54,256 nt of DNA from a virus (Duplodnaviria > Caudoviricetes). The stretch lies in IMG/VR virus record IMGVR_UViG_3300046167_000162, positions 1-54,256 of that record; one strand, given 5' to 3'. Positions 1-10,260 of this stretch are shown one piece after another (positions within the stretch are counted from its first letter, which is position 1; every line of letters begins with the position of its first letter). A program made the translations under genes and the position numbers. The notes beneath the pieces were generated by a model. That model saw only the letters and a program-made list of their open reading frames with translations. It ran no database searches and was not told the origin of the DNA.

Positions 1-268
1 GCAAATTCTCAATACGGTTGTTAAAAGCATTACCATCAATATGGTCAATGATCTCTGGCAAATAGCCTTTGTTCATCAAGAATACGATGCGATGCGCTTG
101 GTATTGCTTTCCTTTGATCCGTGTCTTTGCGTACCTGCCAGACTTATAGATAGCAGACATGCCGACTTTACCACGGCGGCTCTGTACCTTGCGAACAAGA
201 TCACCATCATTGTATTCAAACATCTGATGAGCTAGTTCGTACAGTTCCGCAGTTGGTGTATCAGTCAT
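1..268 (-). CDS. HNH homing endonuclease (partial, runs off window start)
   Basis: Not in ORF track; hand translation MTDTPTAELYELAHQMFEYNDGDLV...KQYQAHRIVFLMNKGYLPEIIDHIDGNAFNNRIENL shows AHR...DHIDG..NN...NL HNH_3-type motif; AGGAGA RBS upstream. Confidence 0.85.
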   Translation of the reverse strand, partial: MTDTPTAELYELAHQMFEYNDGDLVRKVQSRRGKVGMSAIYKSGRYAKTRIKGKQYQAHRIVFLMNKGYLPEIIDHIDGNAFNNRIENL

Positions 269-296
269 GTCTTTCTCCTTTTCTGACTGGTTACGA

Positions 297-3098
297 TTAA
301 GCGTTTTCTAGGGCAGTGATCCGTGCCTCTAGTGCAGTTATAGTTTCTTGCTGTTCTTGGATTGCTTTGATGCAGAGTGATACCATATTTGCATAACGTA
401 AGGCGTCTGGCCTGTCTTGGTCATCATATTCAACAAATTCAGTTAAGCCAGAGTCATGCACTTCCTCTGCAATCAAGCCGCCAAATACTGTATCTCCATC
501 GTTGTTGCCTTTGTAGGTGACGGGACGAAGCGTAAGTAATTCAGTTAAACCATGAGTGGCGTCATTAATTGTGTTTTTATAGCGCAATGATGAAGTTGAT
601 CTAAATAAAGCCCCACTTGTGCTTGATATTTGAACATTTGCACTTGCTGCCGTTGTTTTGCTTGCAACAGGTGGCAAAAACCAAGTTAAACTTCCTTGCG
701 AGTAATAACCTCTAGGATTACCATCCCCATCCGACAGCACGATGTTGTTGCTTGAGGTGCGGATGTCTAGGCCGCCTTGGTTGCCGTTGTAACAGCCAAG
801 GATGGTATTTTTTGAGCCTGTGGTTATATTATAGCCTGCGTAACGACCTACCGCTGTATTATAGCTACCCGTAGTATGAAACCGCAAAGCACCCGAACCA
901 AACGCCGAATTATACAAACCTGTTGTGGCGGCCTTTAAAGAATTTGGCCCAACCGCAGTATTCTCATAACCTGTCGTGTTTGTGTACAAAGCACTATAGC
1001 CCACGGCTGTGTTTACATTGCCCGTAGTATTACTATACCCCGCCTGATACCCAACGGCAGTGTTGTTGTTGGCGGTGGTGTTGGAGAACAATGAGCTATA
1101 TCCCAAGGCTGTGTTGTTGCCACCTGTCGTATTTGATGACATAGAGGAGCTACCAATAGCGGTATTTTCACCAGCGCCACTTTGCGTGTTTAGTGCGCCG
1201 TGACCAACCGCAGTGTTGTTGTTACCTGTGTTGTAATACAAAGCGACATGACCGATACCAACGTTTCTCTCTTGCGTAGAGTTTGTGTACCCCGCTTGAT
1301 AACCTAAGTAGTGATTATATTGACCAGTAGTATTATTGTACCCAGCCTGATACCCCACAGCAGTGTTGTTGCTGGCGGTGGTGTTGTTCGCTAAAGCCTC
1401 ACGCCCAACAGCGGTATTATTGCTACCCGTCGTGTTGTCATAAAGAGAGCCATTCCCCACAGCGGTATTCATAGTGCCTGTTGTGTTTTTGTTTAATGCA
1501 TTACGAGCAAAAGCATCGTTTACACCCGTGGTATTGCTATACAGAGCCGATGAACCCACGGCAGTGTTTACGCCAATTGTGTTGCTATACAAAGCCTGAT
1601 ACCCAACAGCAGTTGCGTTGCTGGCGGTGGTGTTGTTGACTAAAGCCTCATAGCCCAGACCAACATTGTAACTCCCTGTGCTATTAGAGTGCATAGCACC
1701 ACGGCCCATCACTACGTTTTGTGTGCCTGTTGTTGTAGAGTAAGCTGCCTGATACCCCACAGCCGTGTTGTTGCTGGCGGTGGTGTTGTTGTAGAGGGCA
1801 AGTGCGCCTAATGCGGTAGTACTTATACCAGTGGTGTTACTATAAGCTGCCTGATGACCAACCGCAGTTAAATAATAACCCAAGTTGTGGTTATATCCTG
1901 CCTGAACACCAACAGCAACGTCACCGTTTTGAGACGTTTGGCTATACAAAGCTTGATAACCAGCAGCAACTATAGAACCTCCCGTAGAGTTGTAGGCGGC
2001 TTGATACCCCACCGCAGTGTTGTTAGATGCGGTGGTGTTTTGATTTAACGATTGCATCCCCAGCGCAGTGTTATACTGGCCTGTTGTATTGCTGAACAGG
2101 GCTTCATAACCCACAGCCGAGCTGAAAGAAGCGGTGGTGTTCTTGCCCAAAGCGCCATTACCGTAGGCAATGTTGTAAGCGCCAGTAGTGTTTAACCCTA
2201 ACGGTGTGTTGTTGACCGAATTGCGACCGCCCATTGCGACATTGTAAAAGCCAGTAGTGTTAGAGTATAATGATTGATACCCAACTGCCGTGTTGTCGCT
2301 TGCTGTAGTATTACTAAACCCAGCCTGATGCCCAACCGCTGTGTTGTAGCTGGCGGTGGTGTTGTTTTCTAATGCTGAAGTACCAATAGCTACATTATTT
2401 GCACCTGTAGTGTTACCGAATAACGAAGCATAGCCTACCGATACGTTATAATTACCTGACGTATTAGACCGTAATGCAGCAACGCCCACCGCAACTCCAC
2501 GAATTGCTGAAGTATTAAGATACCCAGCAAGATAACCAACCCCTACATTTTCATAGCCAGTCGTGTTAGTAACATATGCCTGTCTACCAACAGCCGTATT
2601 CCCTGATCCTGTACTAACTTTTAATGCCTCAGAACCTATTGCAGTAGTGTTTGATCCGGTTGAGTTCGTATACCCAGCCTGATACCCCACAGCGGTGTTG
2701 TTGCTTGCGGTGGTGTTGGAGAGTAAAGACTGACGACCAACGGCTGTGTTGTAACTGCCAGTTGTGTTTGCCACTAAAGCACCAGTACCTATGCCTGAAT
2801 TATTTGACCCCGTTGTGTTTCCACCAAGAGACCCGCTACCCAAAGCCACATTTAAATCACCTGAGGTGTTTTCAGTCAGTGCGCTAGACCCAATGGCCGT
2901 GTTATATGATCCTCCAGTTAGAGCATCCAACGCAGCATCACCCAACGCCACGTTGTCTGACCCAACAGGATAATTCCCGTCCAGCTTTATTGTGCCGCCA
3001 TCGACTGACACGTTGCCAGCTACATCCAGACCATCTAATGTAAGTGTGCCTACAATGTCCTTATCGGCACTATCGGCTAAGTCTCTTGCTCTAGTCAT
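297..3098 (-). CDS. Tail fibre/spike with NTAVG-type beta-solenoid repeats and C-terminal S74-type intramolecular chaperone
   Basis: 933 aa; dozens of NTT..NTAVGYQA repeats; C-terminal SSLRYKNTI...GLIAEEV...KAIQEQ coiled coil. Confidence 0.85.
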   Translation of the reverse strand: MTRARDLADSADKDIVGTLTLDGLDVAGNVSVDGGTIKLDGNYPVGSDNVALGDAALDALTGGSYNTAIGSSALTENTSGDLNVALGSGSLGGNTTGSNNSGIGTGALVANTTGSYNTAVGRQSLLSNTTASNNTAVGYQAGYTNSTGSNTTAIGSEALKVSTGSGNTAVGRQAYVTNTTGYENVGVGYLAGYLNTSAIRGVAVGVAALRSNTSGNYNVSVGYASLFGNTTGANNVAIGTSALENNTTASYNTAVGHQAGFSNTTASDNTAVGYQSLYSNTTGFYNVAMGGRNSVNNTPLGLNTTGAYNIAYGNGALGKNTTASFSSAVGYEALFSNTTGQYNTALGMQSLNQNTTASNNTAVGYQAAYNSTGGSIVAAGYQALYSQTSQNGDVAVGVQAGYNHNLGYYLTAVGHQAAYSNTTGISTTALGALALYNNTTASNNTAVGYQAAYSTTTGTQNVVMGRGAMHSNSTGSYNVGLGYEALVNNTTASNATAVGYQALYSNTIGVNTAVGSSALYSNTTGVNDAFARNALNKNTTGTMNTAVGNGSLYDNTTGSNNTAVGREALANNTTASNNTAVGYQAGYNNTTGQYNHYLGYQAGYTNSTQERNVGIGHVALYYNTGNNNTAVGHGALNTQSGAGENTAIGSSSMSSNTTGGNNTALGYSSLFSNTTANNNTAVGYQAGYSNTTGNVNTAVGYSALYTNTTGYENTAVGPNSLKAATTGLYNSAFGSGALRFHTTGSYNTAVGRYAGYNITTGSKNTILGCYNGNQGGLDIRTSSNNIVLSDGDGNPRGYYSQGSLTWFLPPVASKTTAASANVQISSTSGALFRSTSSLRYKNTINDATHGLTELLTLRPVTYKGNNDGDTVFGGLIAEEVHDSGLTEFVEYDDQDRPDALRYANMVSLCIKAIQEQQETITALEARITALENA
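1040..2720 (-). repeat. Intragenic dispersed ~45-nt direct repeats (NTTASNNTAVGYQA cassette), about 7 copies
   Basis: gcctgatacccc/aac.gc.gtgttgttgctggcggtggtgttg recurs near 1043, 1345, 1594, 1747, 2000, 2323, 2677. Confidence 0.8.
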
Positions 3099-3111
3099 GC
3101 GTCAGTTTCCT

Positions 3112-3339
3112 CTAACTTAATAAGATGTATGGCAGTACAACTGTACCACCTAAGATTGTTACTACGGCGTCCCATACATCTGGTGTGCCTCGCCCAGTGG
3201 CGTCATATAGTTCCTTACCCACAGCAGCTACGACACAAGCTATTATAGCAAGTACTGGTGTAGAGTACAAGCACACAGTAGAAGCTATTGCGGCACCTGC
3301 TAGGAAGTGTGCTTGTTTATCTATAGGTATGTTTTTCAT
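3112..3339 (-). CDS. Small membrane protein (DKxxH motif)
   Basis: 75 aa, hydrophobic helices, DKQAHFLAG...KELYD. Confidence 0.65.
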   Translation of the reverse strand: MKNIPIDKQAHFLAGAAIASTVCLYSTPVLAIIACVVAAVGKELYDATGRGTPDVWDAVVTILGGTVVLPYILLS

Positions 3340-3590
3340 TCTGGTTTAGTGGGCCATGTAATGTCGGTTGGAAAGCCAGCCTGATCTGTGATGTCACGCA
3401 GTGCTTGGCGGTATGCTGTCTGCTCTGCGGTCATTGTGCGGTCTGATAGCGCCCATACGTCTGTTGCTGCTATGAGGTTATCACGCTTATTGCGAACTTC
3501 CTCTTCTGTTGCTGGAGGGCTATAGAGCATAGCGTCCAATTCGGCTTGTGTAATCTCTATCATTACACCATCTCTTGAAATCATAGGCAT
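3336..3590 (-). CDS. Tail fibre assembly chaperone
   Basis: RDNLIAATD...YRQALRDIT...FP..WPTKP motif; start placed at TAATG overlap with upstream gene. Confidence 0.8.
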   Translation of the reverse strand: MPMISRDGVMIEITQAELDAMLYSPPATEEEVRNKRDNLIAATDVWALSDRTMTAEQTAYRQALRDITDQAGFPTDITWPTKPE

Positions 3591-4204
3591 TAGTTGATCC
3601 CCCATAAAGAATATGTACCACCAGAGAAATTGCCACCCTGCTGGTGGTAGAAATATATACTGTTATTTGCGCCAACGCCGTACTGATGAATCCCCACCTG
3701 CGCAGTAAAATTACCCTGATTGTAAGAATCCATCGTAAACCAATAAGAGCCTCTTGCATGAGTAACTTCAGTAGTACTGTTAGGGTTATATATGTACATG
3801 TCGATATATGCGCTATCATTGCCATATTGATGATAATATTCGTCTATCCCCATATAGTCATACTTAATGTAAGTATTTGTAACTTTGTTAGTATACTGCA
3901 CAGGATAAGTCTGAGACGTAGTTATTGGGGTGCCAGAGGCGTCTGTAAAACGCCAGCGTAGGATCTGAAAATTGGTGTTAGAGTTAATACCGTTTAGGAT
4001 TAGTCTGTATGCCCTGTAACTACCGGAAAAAGATACACTAAATGTAGCACCTGTTCCAACACTAACAGAGTCTGAAATAAGTGTTGATGCACCACCAACA
4101 CCCGCATTACCAATAGCCGCCGCTGTAGTCGCATCCACAGACGCAATGTTACTCAGCGCCCTGCTGTCATTGATAACCGTAGTACCATTAACTTTAATCG
4201 CCAT
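3590..4204 (-). CDS. Tail-fibre-associated protein
   Basis: 204 aa, beta-rich, directly downstream of major fibre. Confidence 0.6.
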   Translation of the reverse strand: MAIKVNGTTVINDSRALSNIASVDATTAAAIGNAGVGGASTLISDSVSVGTGATFSVSFSGSYRAYRLILNGINSNTNFQILRWRFTDASGTPITTSQTYPVQYTNKVTNTYIKYDYMGIDEYYHQYGNDSAYIDMYIYNPNSTTEVTHARGSYWFTMDSYNQGNFTAQVGIHQYGVGANNSIYFYHQQGGNFSGGTYSLWGIN

Positions 4205-4222
4205 CTTCGTGTCCTTCCACTA

Positions 4223-7200
4223 TTAGCTATTAAGTTGTGCTTTAAGCTCGTCAATCTGAGCCTGTTGTTCCTTCATGGCTTCTATCAAGAGAGCCACCAT
4301 GTTTCCGTATTTAACTGACTTGATGCCTTGGTCATTTGTGCTGACTACATCCGGCAGTACAGCTTCCACTTCCTGAGCGATTACGCCGACCTCTGAGTTA
4401 CCATTCTCTAGCCAATCAAATGAGACACCACGCAGGGACTTAACGGCATCCAGAGAGCCTGTGAGCGTCTCTACGTTTGTCTTGAGTGTGGCGTCTGAGG
4501 TGGTGTTGAAGTTGGCTGAGTTGACTGTGCCGCTGAAGTAGGCGTCTTTCCATTTGTATGTGTTTGTACCAAGATCACGGGTTGATGCGGTTCCAGCATA
4601 AAATGACCCACTTGTTACCCAATACGAAGCATTTCCGCCTGTAATACGAACATCGTTAGCTGCACCCGAGATGTCAAAAATGCCACCACTAGAAGCAGAC
4701 CCAATACTCCCCACACTGGAGCCGTCTTTGTAAAATCCTAAAATAGGGCCATCAGTACCCGACCTTGAGAAAGTACCCGTGCGACCATTGTATGCACTAG
4801 CAAAGAACAGACCATCATTTCTTATACCAAAACCTGTTGTAGTATTCCCTACCCCCGGTTGTGTTGTACTAGACTGACCCACCAGCAAGTTACCGCTGCT
4901 GTCGATGCGCATACGTTCTGTTGAAAGCCCCGCATTTGAATTACCAGTGTGAAATGTAATTGGCGCAACTACAGTTGCAAGTCGCACACCCCCGCTGTTT
5001 GAACCAGTAATTGAAAGCTGTTTAGGTGAGTATGTTCCGTAACTCCATGTTGAGTTGCTTACGAATATACCGCCAATCTGATTTATAGAGGTGCCATCAT
5101 GTGCGTGGAGGGACAGTCCAGCTCCTGTTGTTGCTCCACTTGAGGTATCGTTTTTAATTGCAAGACCATTTAAGCTACTAGCCTCATGATTTATTGTAAT
5201 GTTCTCAGCACTCGCATCCCAGAAGAACTTTGGCGTGGTGCCTGTGTCCTCGTAGAAGCTGATGTCGCCGCTATCATCTATGTTTAAACGTGCTTTAGTA
5301 GATGTGCCATCATTGGTTTTAAACCGCATGAATGAGTTTGTTCCTGAAAACTCTGCACGACCTGACTGAATTTCACCTATTGTGTTTTGAGAGCCAGCGT
5401 GACCCTTAAATTGCAGTGTAGGGCTGTCGCCTGTCTTTTGTATAACTGTAGTGCTTGCATCCACAGTCAGCCCATCGCTGGTGATAGTCCCAGTGATGTC
5501 TACACCTGTGCTGGTGGTGGCGAGTTTGGGGGAGTTGTTGTGGTATAGGGTTACTGCGCCATTTGGAACAAACTGTGCAAGTGTTTCGCCGCCCGTGCTT
5601 TCAAAGTCTACGCCATTGCTATTGGAACGTATCTTTAATACACCCGCACCAACTTCATCAATGTAGCTATTAGACCCATCATGGTAAATCTGTAGGTCAG
5701 GCTTATTGCCGAAGATGGCTTTGTCGTTGTCACCGAAGGATAGATCACCCGTCATAGTGTCGCCAGCTACTTGAACATAACGAGCATCAGACTGTGCTTC
5801 AGTGTAGTGATCTGCCAGTACAAACGTACCGTAAGCTACAATGTCTACTACATCATTTACCGCTGCACCTGTAGCAAGTGTAATGCTTGTACCATTGGTG
5901 GCAGTAAAGTCTGTACCAGCTACAAGTTTAACCCCGTTGAGGTACACATCTACATAGCCAGTATCATAGGTAGCAGCAAAGACTGTCTGACCTGCGGAAG
6001 CAGTGTAAGTTACACGATCAGATGTACCGTTTACAGCAGAACCAGCAGACTGCCATCCACCAGAACCATATACGTTCATAATGTTAGTTGTGCTATTAAA
6101 GTACAAAGCACCAATTACAAGTGCATCACCATCATTGTCTACTGTAGGTGCAGAAGCTTTAGCACCTAAGTAACGATCATCGAAGTCATCGTATGATGCG
6201 GCAGCATTGGCTTCACTGGTTGCAGCATTACTTTCTGAAGTAGCTGCATTAGTCTCACTGGTAGCTGCATTGCTTTCAGATGTAGCGGCTGCAGCGGCAC
6301 TAGCAGAGGCAGCAGTAGCTGAACCAAAAATACCGTCTACATACGTTTTAGAGGTAGCATCATTAGCATCTGTAGGTGCAGCAAGACCTGTAACTTTATT
6401 GGAACCCATTGCAAGGTTACCAGACATAGTATCACCAGACTTAGCTACACGAGTATCACGCTGTGTATCTACATATGCTTTAGTAGCTACATCCTGTGCC
6501 GCTGTAGGATCACCTGCACCAGTAATCTTATTGGTAGACATGGCAATAGCACCAGTCATTGTACCACCAGCAAGAGGAAGCTTAGTGGCAATGCTGTCAG
6601 TTACTGTAGTGCTAAAGTCTGCGTCATCACCTAATGCTGCAGCAAGCTCATTAAGAGTATCAAGTGTACCCGGTGCTGAATCTACAAGGTTGGCTACCTG
6701 TGTATCTACATAACCTTTAGTGGCTGCATCGTTAGTATTAGTAGGTGAGGTAAGGTTAGTAATGGTAGCAGTAGTACCAGCATTCATGTTCAACGTACCG
6801 TCAATAGTCACGTTGTTGAATGTGGATGTACCTGCAGAGATTACGTTACCTGTCAGATCACCTGTAACATTCCCAGTGATTGCACCTGTTACGTTACCAG
6901 TGACGTTACCCGTTACATTACCTGTGAGGTTACCTGTGAGTCCACTAGAGGCTGATACAGTAGTGAAAGCACCAGAGGATGCACCAGAGGCACCAATGGC
7001 TGTACCGTCAATAGAACCGCCGTTAATATCTACTGTAGCAAAAGTACCCTGACCAGATGTAGACAAAGTAGTAAAGCTACCAGCGGCAGTACCTGCAGCA
7101 CCGATTACAGTACCGTCAATGTTACCACCGTTAATGTCAACTGTAGTAAGTGTTGATGTACCTGTAGCACTAAGTGCAGTAAATGCACCTGTGCTTGGAG

Positions 7201-7954
7201 TAGTCGCACCAATAGTAGTACCGTCTACAGTACCACCATTAATGTCGGCAGTAGCTGCAGTCAGGCTTGTGTTAGCGTTGAGTGTTGTGAATGTACCAGC
7301 GGCAGGAGTTGCACTACCAATTACAGAGTTATCAATAGTACCGGAGTTAATGTCACCAGATGTAATAACTGTAGTACCTGTGGCAGCAAGGTCAACAGTA
7401 TCAATATCTGCAAAGGTAGATGTACCTGTAGAAGTAACGTCACCAGTCAGATCACCAGTAATGTCGCCTGTAACATTACCTGTCAAGTTACCTGTGATGT
7501 TAGCTACGACACCTGCAGGGGCAGTAATAACACCAGTTACATTTAGCGTACCTGCTACTGTAGCATTCTCATGAACAGCTAGGGTATCAATGTAGCCAAT
7601 ACCATCAATGTACAAGTCTTTAAACTCAGCACCTGTAGCACCAAGGTCAATGTCATTATCTGTGATAGGGCGGATAACACCGTCACGTACACTAATCTGT
7701 TGTACTGGAACACCAGATACTTCAACGTAGAAGTCTACAGTGTTAGCACCTGTATTTACCTGTACTTTATTATTAGCGTCAAGGTCAGCAATAAGGGGAA
7801 CATACTCACCTTCAGCAGCTGTACCGTCATGCTTGTGACCACCAGATGCAGCAAAGGCATCACGTAGAGCATTATACTCTGCGTTAAGGGGGGCAGCACG
7901 TACCGTTGCTGTAGGGATGATGTCTGCTGTAGATTGTCTTGTGTAACCTGCCAC
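4223..7954 (-). CDS. Major tail fibre protein with C-terminal S74-type chaperone
   Basis: 1243 aa; N-terminal anchor MAGYTRQS, GNVT and INGG repeats, APGTLDTLNELAAALG, DAATKGYVD, C-terminal SDATLKTNV...GVIAQEVE. Confidence 0.88.
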   Translation of the reverse strand: MAGYTRQSTADIIPTATVRAAPLNAEYNALRDAFAASGGHKHDGTAAEGEYVPLIADLDANNKVQVNTGANTVDFYVEVSGVPVQQISVRDGVIRPITDNDIDLGATGAEFKDLYIDGIGYIDTLAVHENATVAGTLNVTGVITAPAGVVANITGNLTGNVTGDITGDLTGDVTSTGTSTFADIDTVDLAATGTTVITSGDINSGTIDNSVIGSATPAAGTFTTLNANTSLTAATADINGGTVDGTTIGATTPSTGAFTALSATGTSTLTTVDINGGNIDGTVIGAAGTAAGSFTTLSTSGQGTFATVDINGGSIDGTAIGASGASSGAFTTVSASSGLTGNLTGNVTGNVTGNVTGAITGNVTGDLTGNVISAGTSTFNNVTIDGTLNMNAGTTATITNLTSPTNTNDAATKGYVDTQVANLVDSAPGTLDTLNELAAALGDDADFSTTVTDSIATKLPLAGGTMTGAIAMSTNKITGAGDPTAAQDVATKAYVDTQRDTRVAKSGDTMSGNLAMGSNKVTGLAAPTDANDATSKTYVDGIFGSATAASASAAAAATSESNAATSETNAATSESNAATSEANAAASYDDFDDRYLGAKASAPTVDNDGDALVIGALYFNSTTNIMNVYGSGGWQSAGSAVNGTSDRVTYTASAGQTVFAATYDTGYVDVYLNGVKLVAGTDFTATNGTSITLATGAAVNDVVDIVAYGTFVLADHYTEAQSDARYVQVAGDTMTGDLSFGDNDKAIFGNKPDLQIYHDGSNSYIDEVGAGVLKIRSNSNGVDFESTGGETLAQFVPNGAVTLYHNNSPKLATTSTGVDITGTITSDGLTVDASTTVIQKTGDSPTLQFKGHAGSQNTIGEIQSGRAEFSGTNSFMRFKTNDGTSTKARLNIDDSGDISFYEDTGTTPKFFWDASAENITINHEASSLNGLAIKNDTSSGATTGAGLSLHAHDGTSINQIGGIFVSNSTWSYGTYSPKQLSITGSNSGGVRLATVVAPITFHTGNSNAGLSTERMRIDSSGNLLVGQSSTTQPGVGNTTTGFGIRNDGLFFASAYNGRTGTFSRSGTDGPILGFYKDGSSVGSIGSASSGGIFDISGAANDVRITGGNASYWVTSGSFYAGTASTRDLGTNTYKWKDAYFSGTVNSANFNTTSDATLKTNVETLTGSLDAVKSLRGVSFDWLENGNSEVGVIAQEVEAVLPDVVSTNDQGIKSVKYGNMVALLIEAMKEQQAQIDELKAQLNS

Positions 7955-7957
7955 GGT

Positions 7958-9496
7958 CTATCTCCTGTCTGCTAAACCATACGTCATCGAAATGGCTTGA
8001 ATTGTATGACTCGCATTTTGATTGTTGGTAACGTAACTTACTGATACTGATTTCCCTGAGCCTGATACGTTAGTCAAAGCTTTAGGTGATGGGTTGCCGT
8101 CATATATGTCACCTGAACCATAGATTGCAGTACCGTACACAGCTGCAGCACCTTCAGTCGAGAACGTATATGTTGTTGGGTTAAGGGAGTGGATGTCATC
8201 GTAGTCGTAGTACACACCAACAAAAACTTCTGTGTTACCCTCTGACCTCAGGTAGGTGTCTACCTTGTGTATATTTTTTCTTAACTCTGGATCTTCCATA
8301 TAGAAGTAAGGTGTCTGGTATAAGCTGAAGATGTCTTCCCCTGCAAAGGATTGACCCCTCTCCTGTCTATAGACCTTACCCGATCCATCCCCGTGTATTA
8401 CATGCTCAAACTGGCCCAAGTAACCAGATGCAACACAGTTAGCCTCAATGCCGATAAGCTGGCTGTACTCGAAGATACTCTGCTTATTCTGAGACTTACG
8501 TATAGCACCAATAAGAGACAGTGAGCTATCGTTCTTGAAGAAGAACCTGAACTGTGATTTCTTTCTAATGACTACGATACTAATGTCTGTGATGTTTTCT
8601 GAAAGGTAGTAGTTATCGAAGATGTCTTGTATTTCTTTTGATACAGGAGCAAGTTCAACATCACCAATTCTGTCAGTACCAGAGATAGGCCGGATACCAT
8701 CAGGTCCAAGGAATAGTAGGTCACCACCAAATTCTATCACAGAGTCAGGGGCAACACAACCTAAGTTAGAGGTAACATTTTCTAAGACAAAGTTAGAGAT
8801 ACTCGTACCAATAAGTCTCTTAATATTATTAGCTCCGAAGATATAAAGAGTATTTCTAAACTTCTTAATTGCTGTGATCTCGAACCCTACGTTAATAACC
8901 CCAGCTCCACTTGCTGGTGTAAAGTCTGTAGCATTCAAAGGGGCACTAAAGTAAAGGTTGTAAGGCTCTGTTGACGAACCTGCCAAGAAGATGTGAGAAG
9001 AAAACTCTTCAGAAAACTTGGGGTCAGCGGGGGCCAGAGCACTAGTAATCTGAGTGTATGTCGTACCGTCATAAGTTGCTGCTGGGTTCTGACCATCTGT
9101 AAGAAGTAGCACCTCTCCAGACCAGTTGTAGTCAGAGAACCTAACACGAGATACATCCGTCATAGAGGGTGTACCTGCGGCAGTTACAGTATCCCACGAG
9201 CTAGTCGAGTTATTCCAAGCATGGAGGTAGTTATACCCAGAAATTGTTTTCCTGCAAGCAAAAATACCGTCCTCAATGTTACCGTTTACATGAACACCTA
9301 AAACAGCTCCTTGTCCAGGTACAGTGCCGTAGTCATTCTGAAACCCACTGATACGTCTATAGCCACCCGACAAGGATGGCTCATAGTTAATCATACGGAG
9401 GGCACTACCACCTAAGGCAGACGCATGTGTGAGAGGGTCAACGTTAGTAATGAGACCGCCCTGACAAACCGTTAGGTGTGTTCTAAGATTGTCCAT
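7958..9496 (-). CDS. Tail nozzle/stabilisation protein (P22 gp10 / T7 gp12-like)
   Basis: 512 aa beta-propeller-like sequence; position between adaptor and fibre. Confidence 0.7.
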   Translation of the reverse strand: MDNLRTHLTVCQGGLITNVDPLTHASALGGSALRMINYEPSLSGGYRRISGFQNDYGTVPGQGAVLGVHVNGNIEDGIFACRKTISGYNYLHAWNNSTSSWDTVTAAGTPSMTDVSRVRFSDYNWSGEVLLLTDGQNPAATYDGTTYTQITSALAPADPKFSEEFSSHIFLAGSSTEPYNLYFSAPLNATDFTPASGAGVINVGFEITAIKKFRNTLYIFGANNIKRLIGTSISNFVLENVTSNLGCVAPDSVIEFGGDLLFLGPDGIRPISGTDRIGDVELAPVSKEIQDIFDNYYLSENITDISIVVIRKKSQFRFFFKNDSSLSLIGAIRKSQNKQSIFEYSQLIGIEANCVASGYLGQFEHVIHGDGSGKVYRQERGQSFAGEDIFSLYQTPYFYMEDPELRKNIHKVDTYLRSEGNTEVFVGVYYDYDDIHSLNPTTYTFSTEGAAAVYGTAIYGSGDIYDGNPSPKALTNVSGSGKSVSVSYVTNNQNASHTIQAISMTYGLADRR

Positions 9497-10182
9497 TAGC
9501 GTCTTTCAACTACTATAGATCTCAAACGTAACTCATCATCAAACAAGATACGCTTCATGTGCCTCAAACCTTGTTCAAACTTTTGGGTGTGCATTGCAGC
9601 ACTTTGCTCGTTGCTACGGAAAGACATCATGTAGGCCATAGCGCCATCAATAATTACGTGGTTAAATCTTTCAGGTACAATGCAAACATCGTCATACAAA
9701 GTAAGAGAAGCAGGAGACCGCCAGTACACGTACTCTACTTCGTAACCAGCATCTGGAGAAGGAGTCACGCCAAAGCTTTCTCCAAAGGTCTGATACACAA
9801 GACTAGGGGTAGCTTGAGTTCCTGTGTCATTCTGAGGTCTGTGGTTTTTTAGGTACTCTTCGTAAGAGATAACTCTAAGGAGAGAAGGAGAGTTATTCTG
9901 GGAAGAAAGTTTCTTAATATAAAATGTCTCCCAGTCTACCCGTGAGTAGTCTGAAGGAAATGCGTACTCGTTAGTACCAGCTGTAAGGGTTTGGGTATAC
10001 GTAGTCTTAAGGAAAGGCCACTCCATACCAACTTGATAAACCTCTCTAAGGCTGCTATTGACTGCATCTTTAGCTACAGCTTGTACGTTACGTACAGTAT
10101 CAAAGCCGTCCCCAGCTACGTCAAGAGGAACTTCATTCAGTCTTCTTAATAGTTCGTTAGTCAGTTCAACGTAGTTGGACAT
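9496..10182 (-). CDS. Head-tail adaptor (tail tubular protein A-like)
   Basis: 228 aa, LTNELLRRLNE N-terminus, WPFL motif; follows capsid gene. Confidence 0.75.
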   Translation of the reverse strand: MSNYVELTNELLRRLNEVPLDVAGDGFDTVRNVQAVAKDAVNSSLREVYQVGMEWPFLKTTYTQTLTAGTNEYAFPSDYSRVDWETFYIKKLSSQNNSPSLLRVISYEEYLKNHRPQNDTGTQATPSLVYQTFGESFGVTPSPDAGYEVEYVYWRSPASLTLYDDVCIVPERFNHVIIDGAMAYMMSFRSNEQSAAMHTQKFEQGLRHMKRILFDDELRLRSIVVERR

Positions 10183-10260
10183 AGGGTATCTTCCATGCTT
10201 CTATTTTCTAGACTCTTTAAAGAACTTACTTGATTAAGTGCTTAAAGGAACCTATCTTGT

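Noticed and set aside
41-235. 64-aa plus-strand ORF
   Set aside because: Antisense shadow of the minus-strand HNH gene
297-3098. Diversity-generating retroelement acting on the AAC-rich tail fibre
   Set aside because: No reverse transcriptase in the window and no TR/VR pair differing only at adenines
5451-7574. Plus-strand ORFs antisense to the major tail fibre (and similar shadows elsewhere)
   Set aside because: Mirror frames of repetitive, biased codons; no RBS or protein motifs
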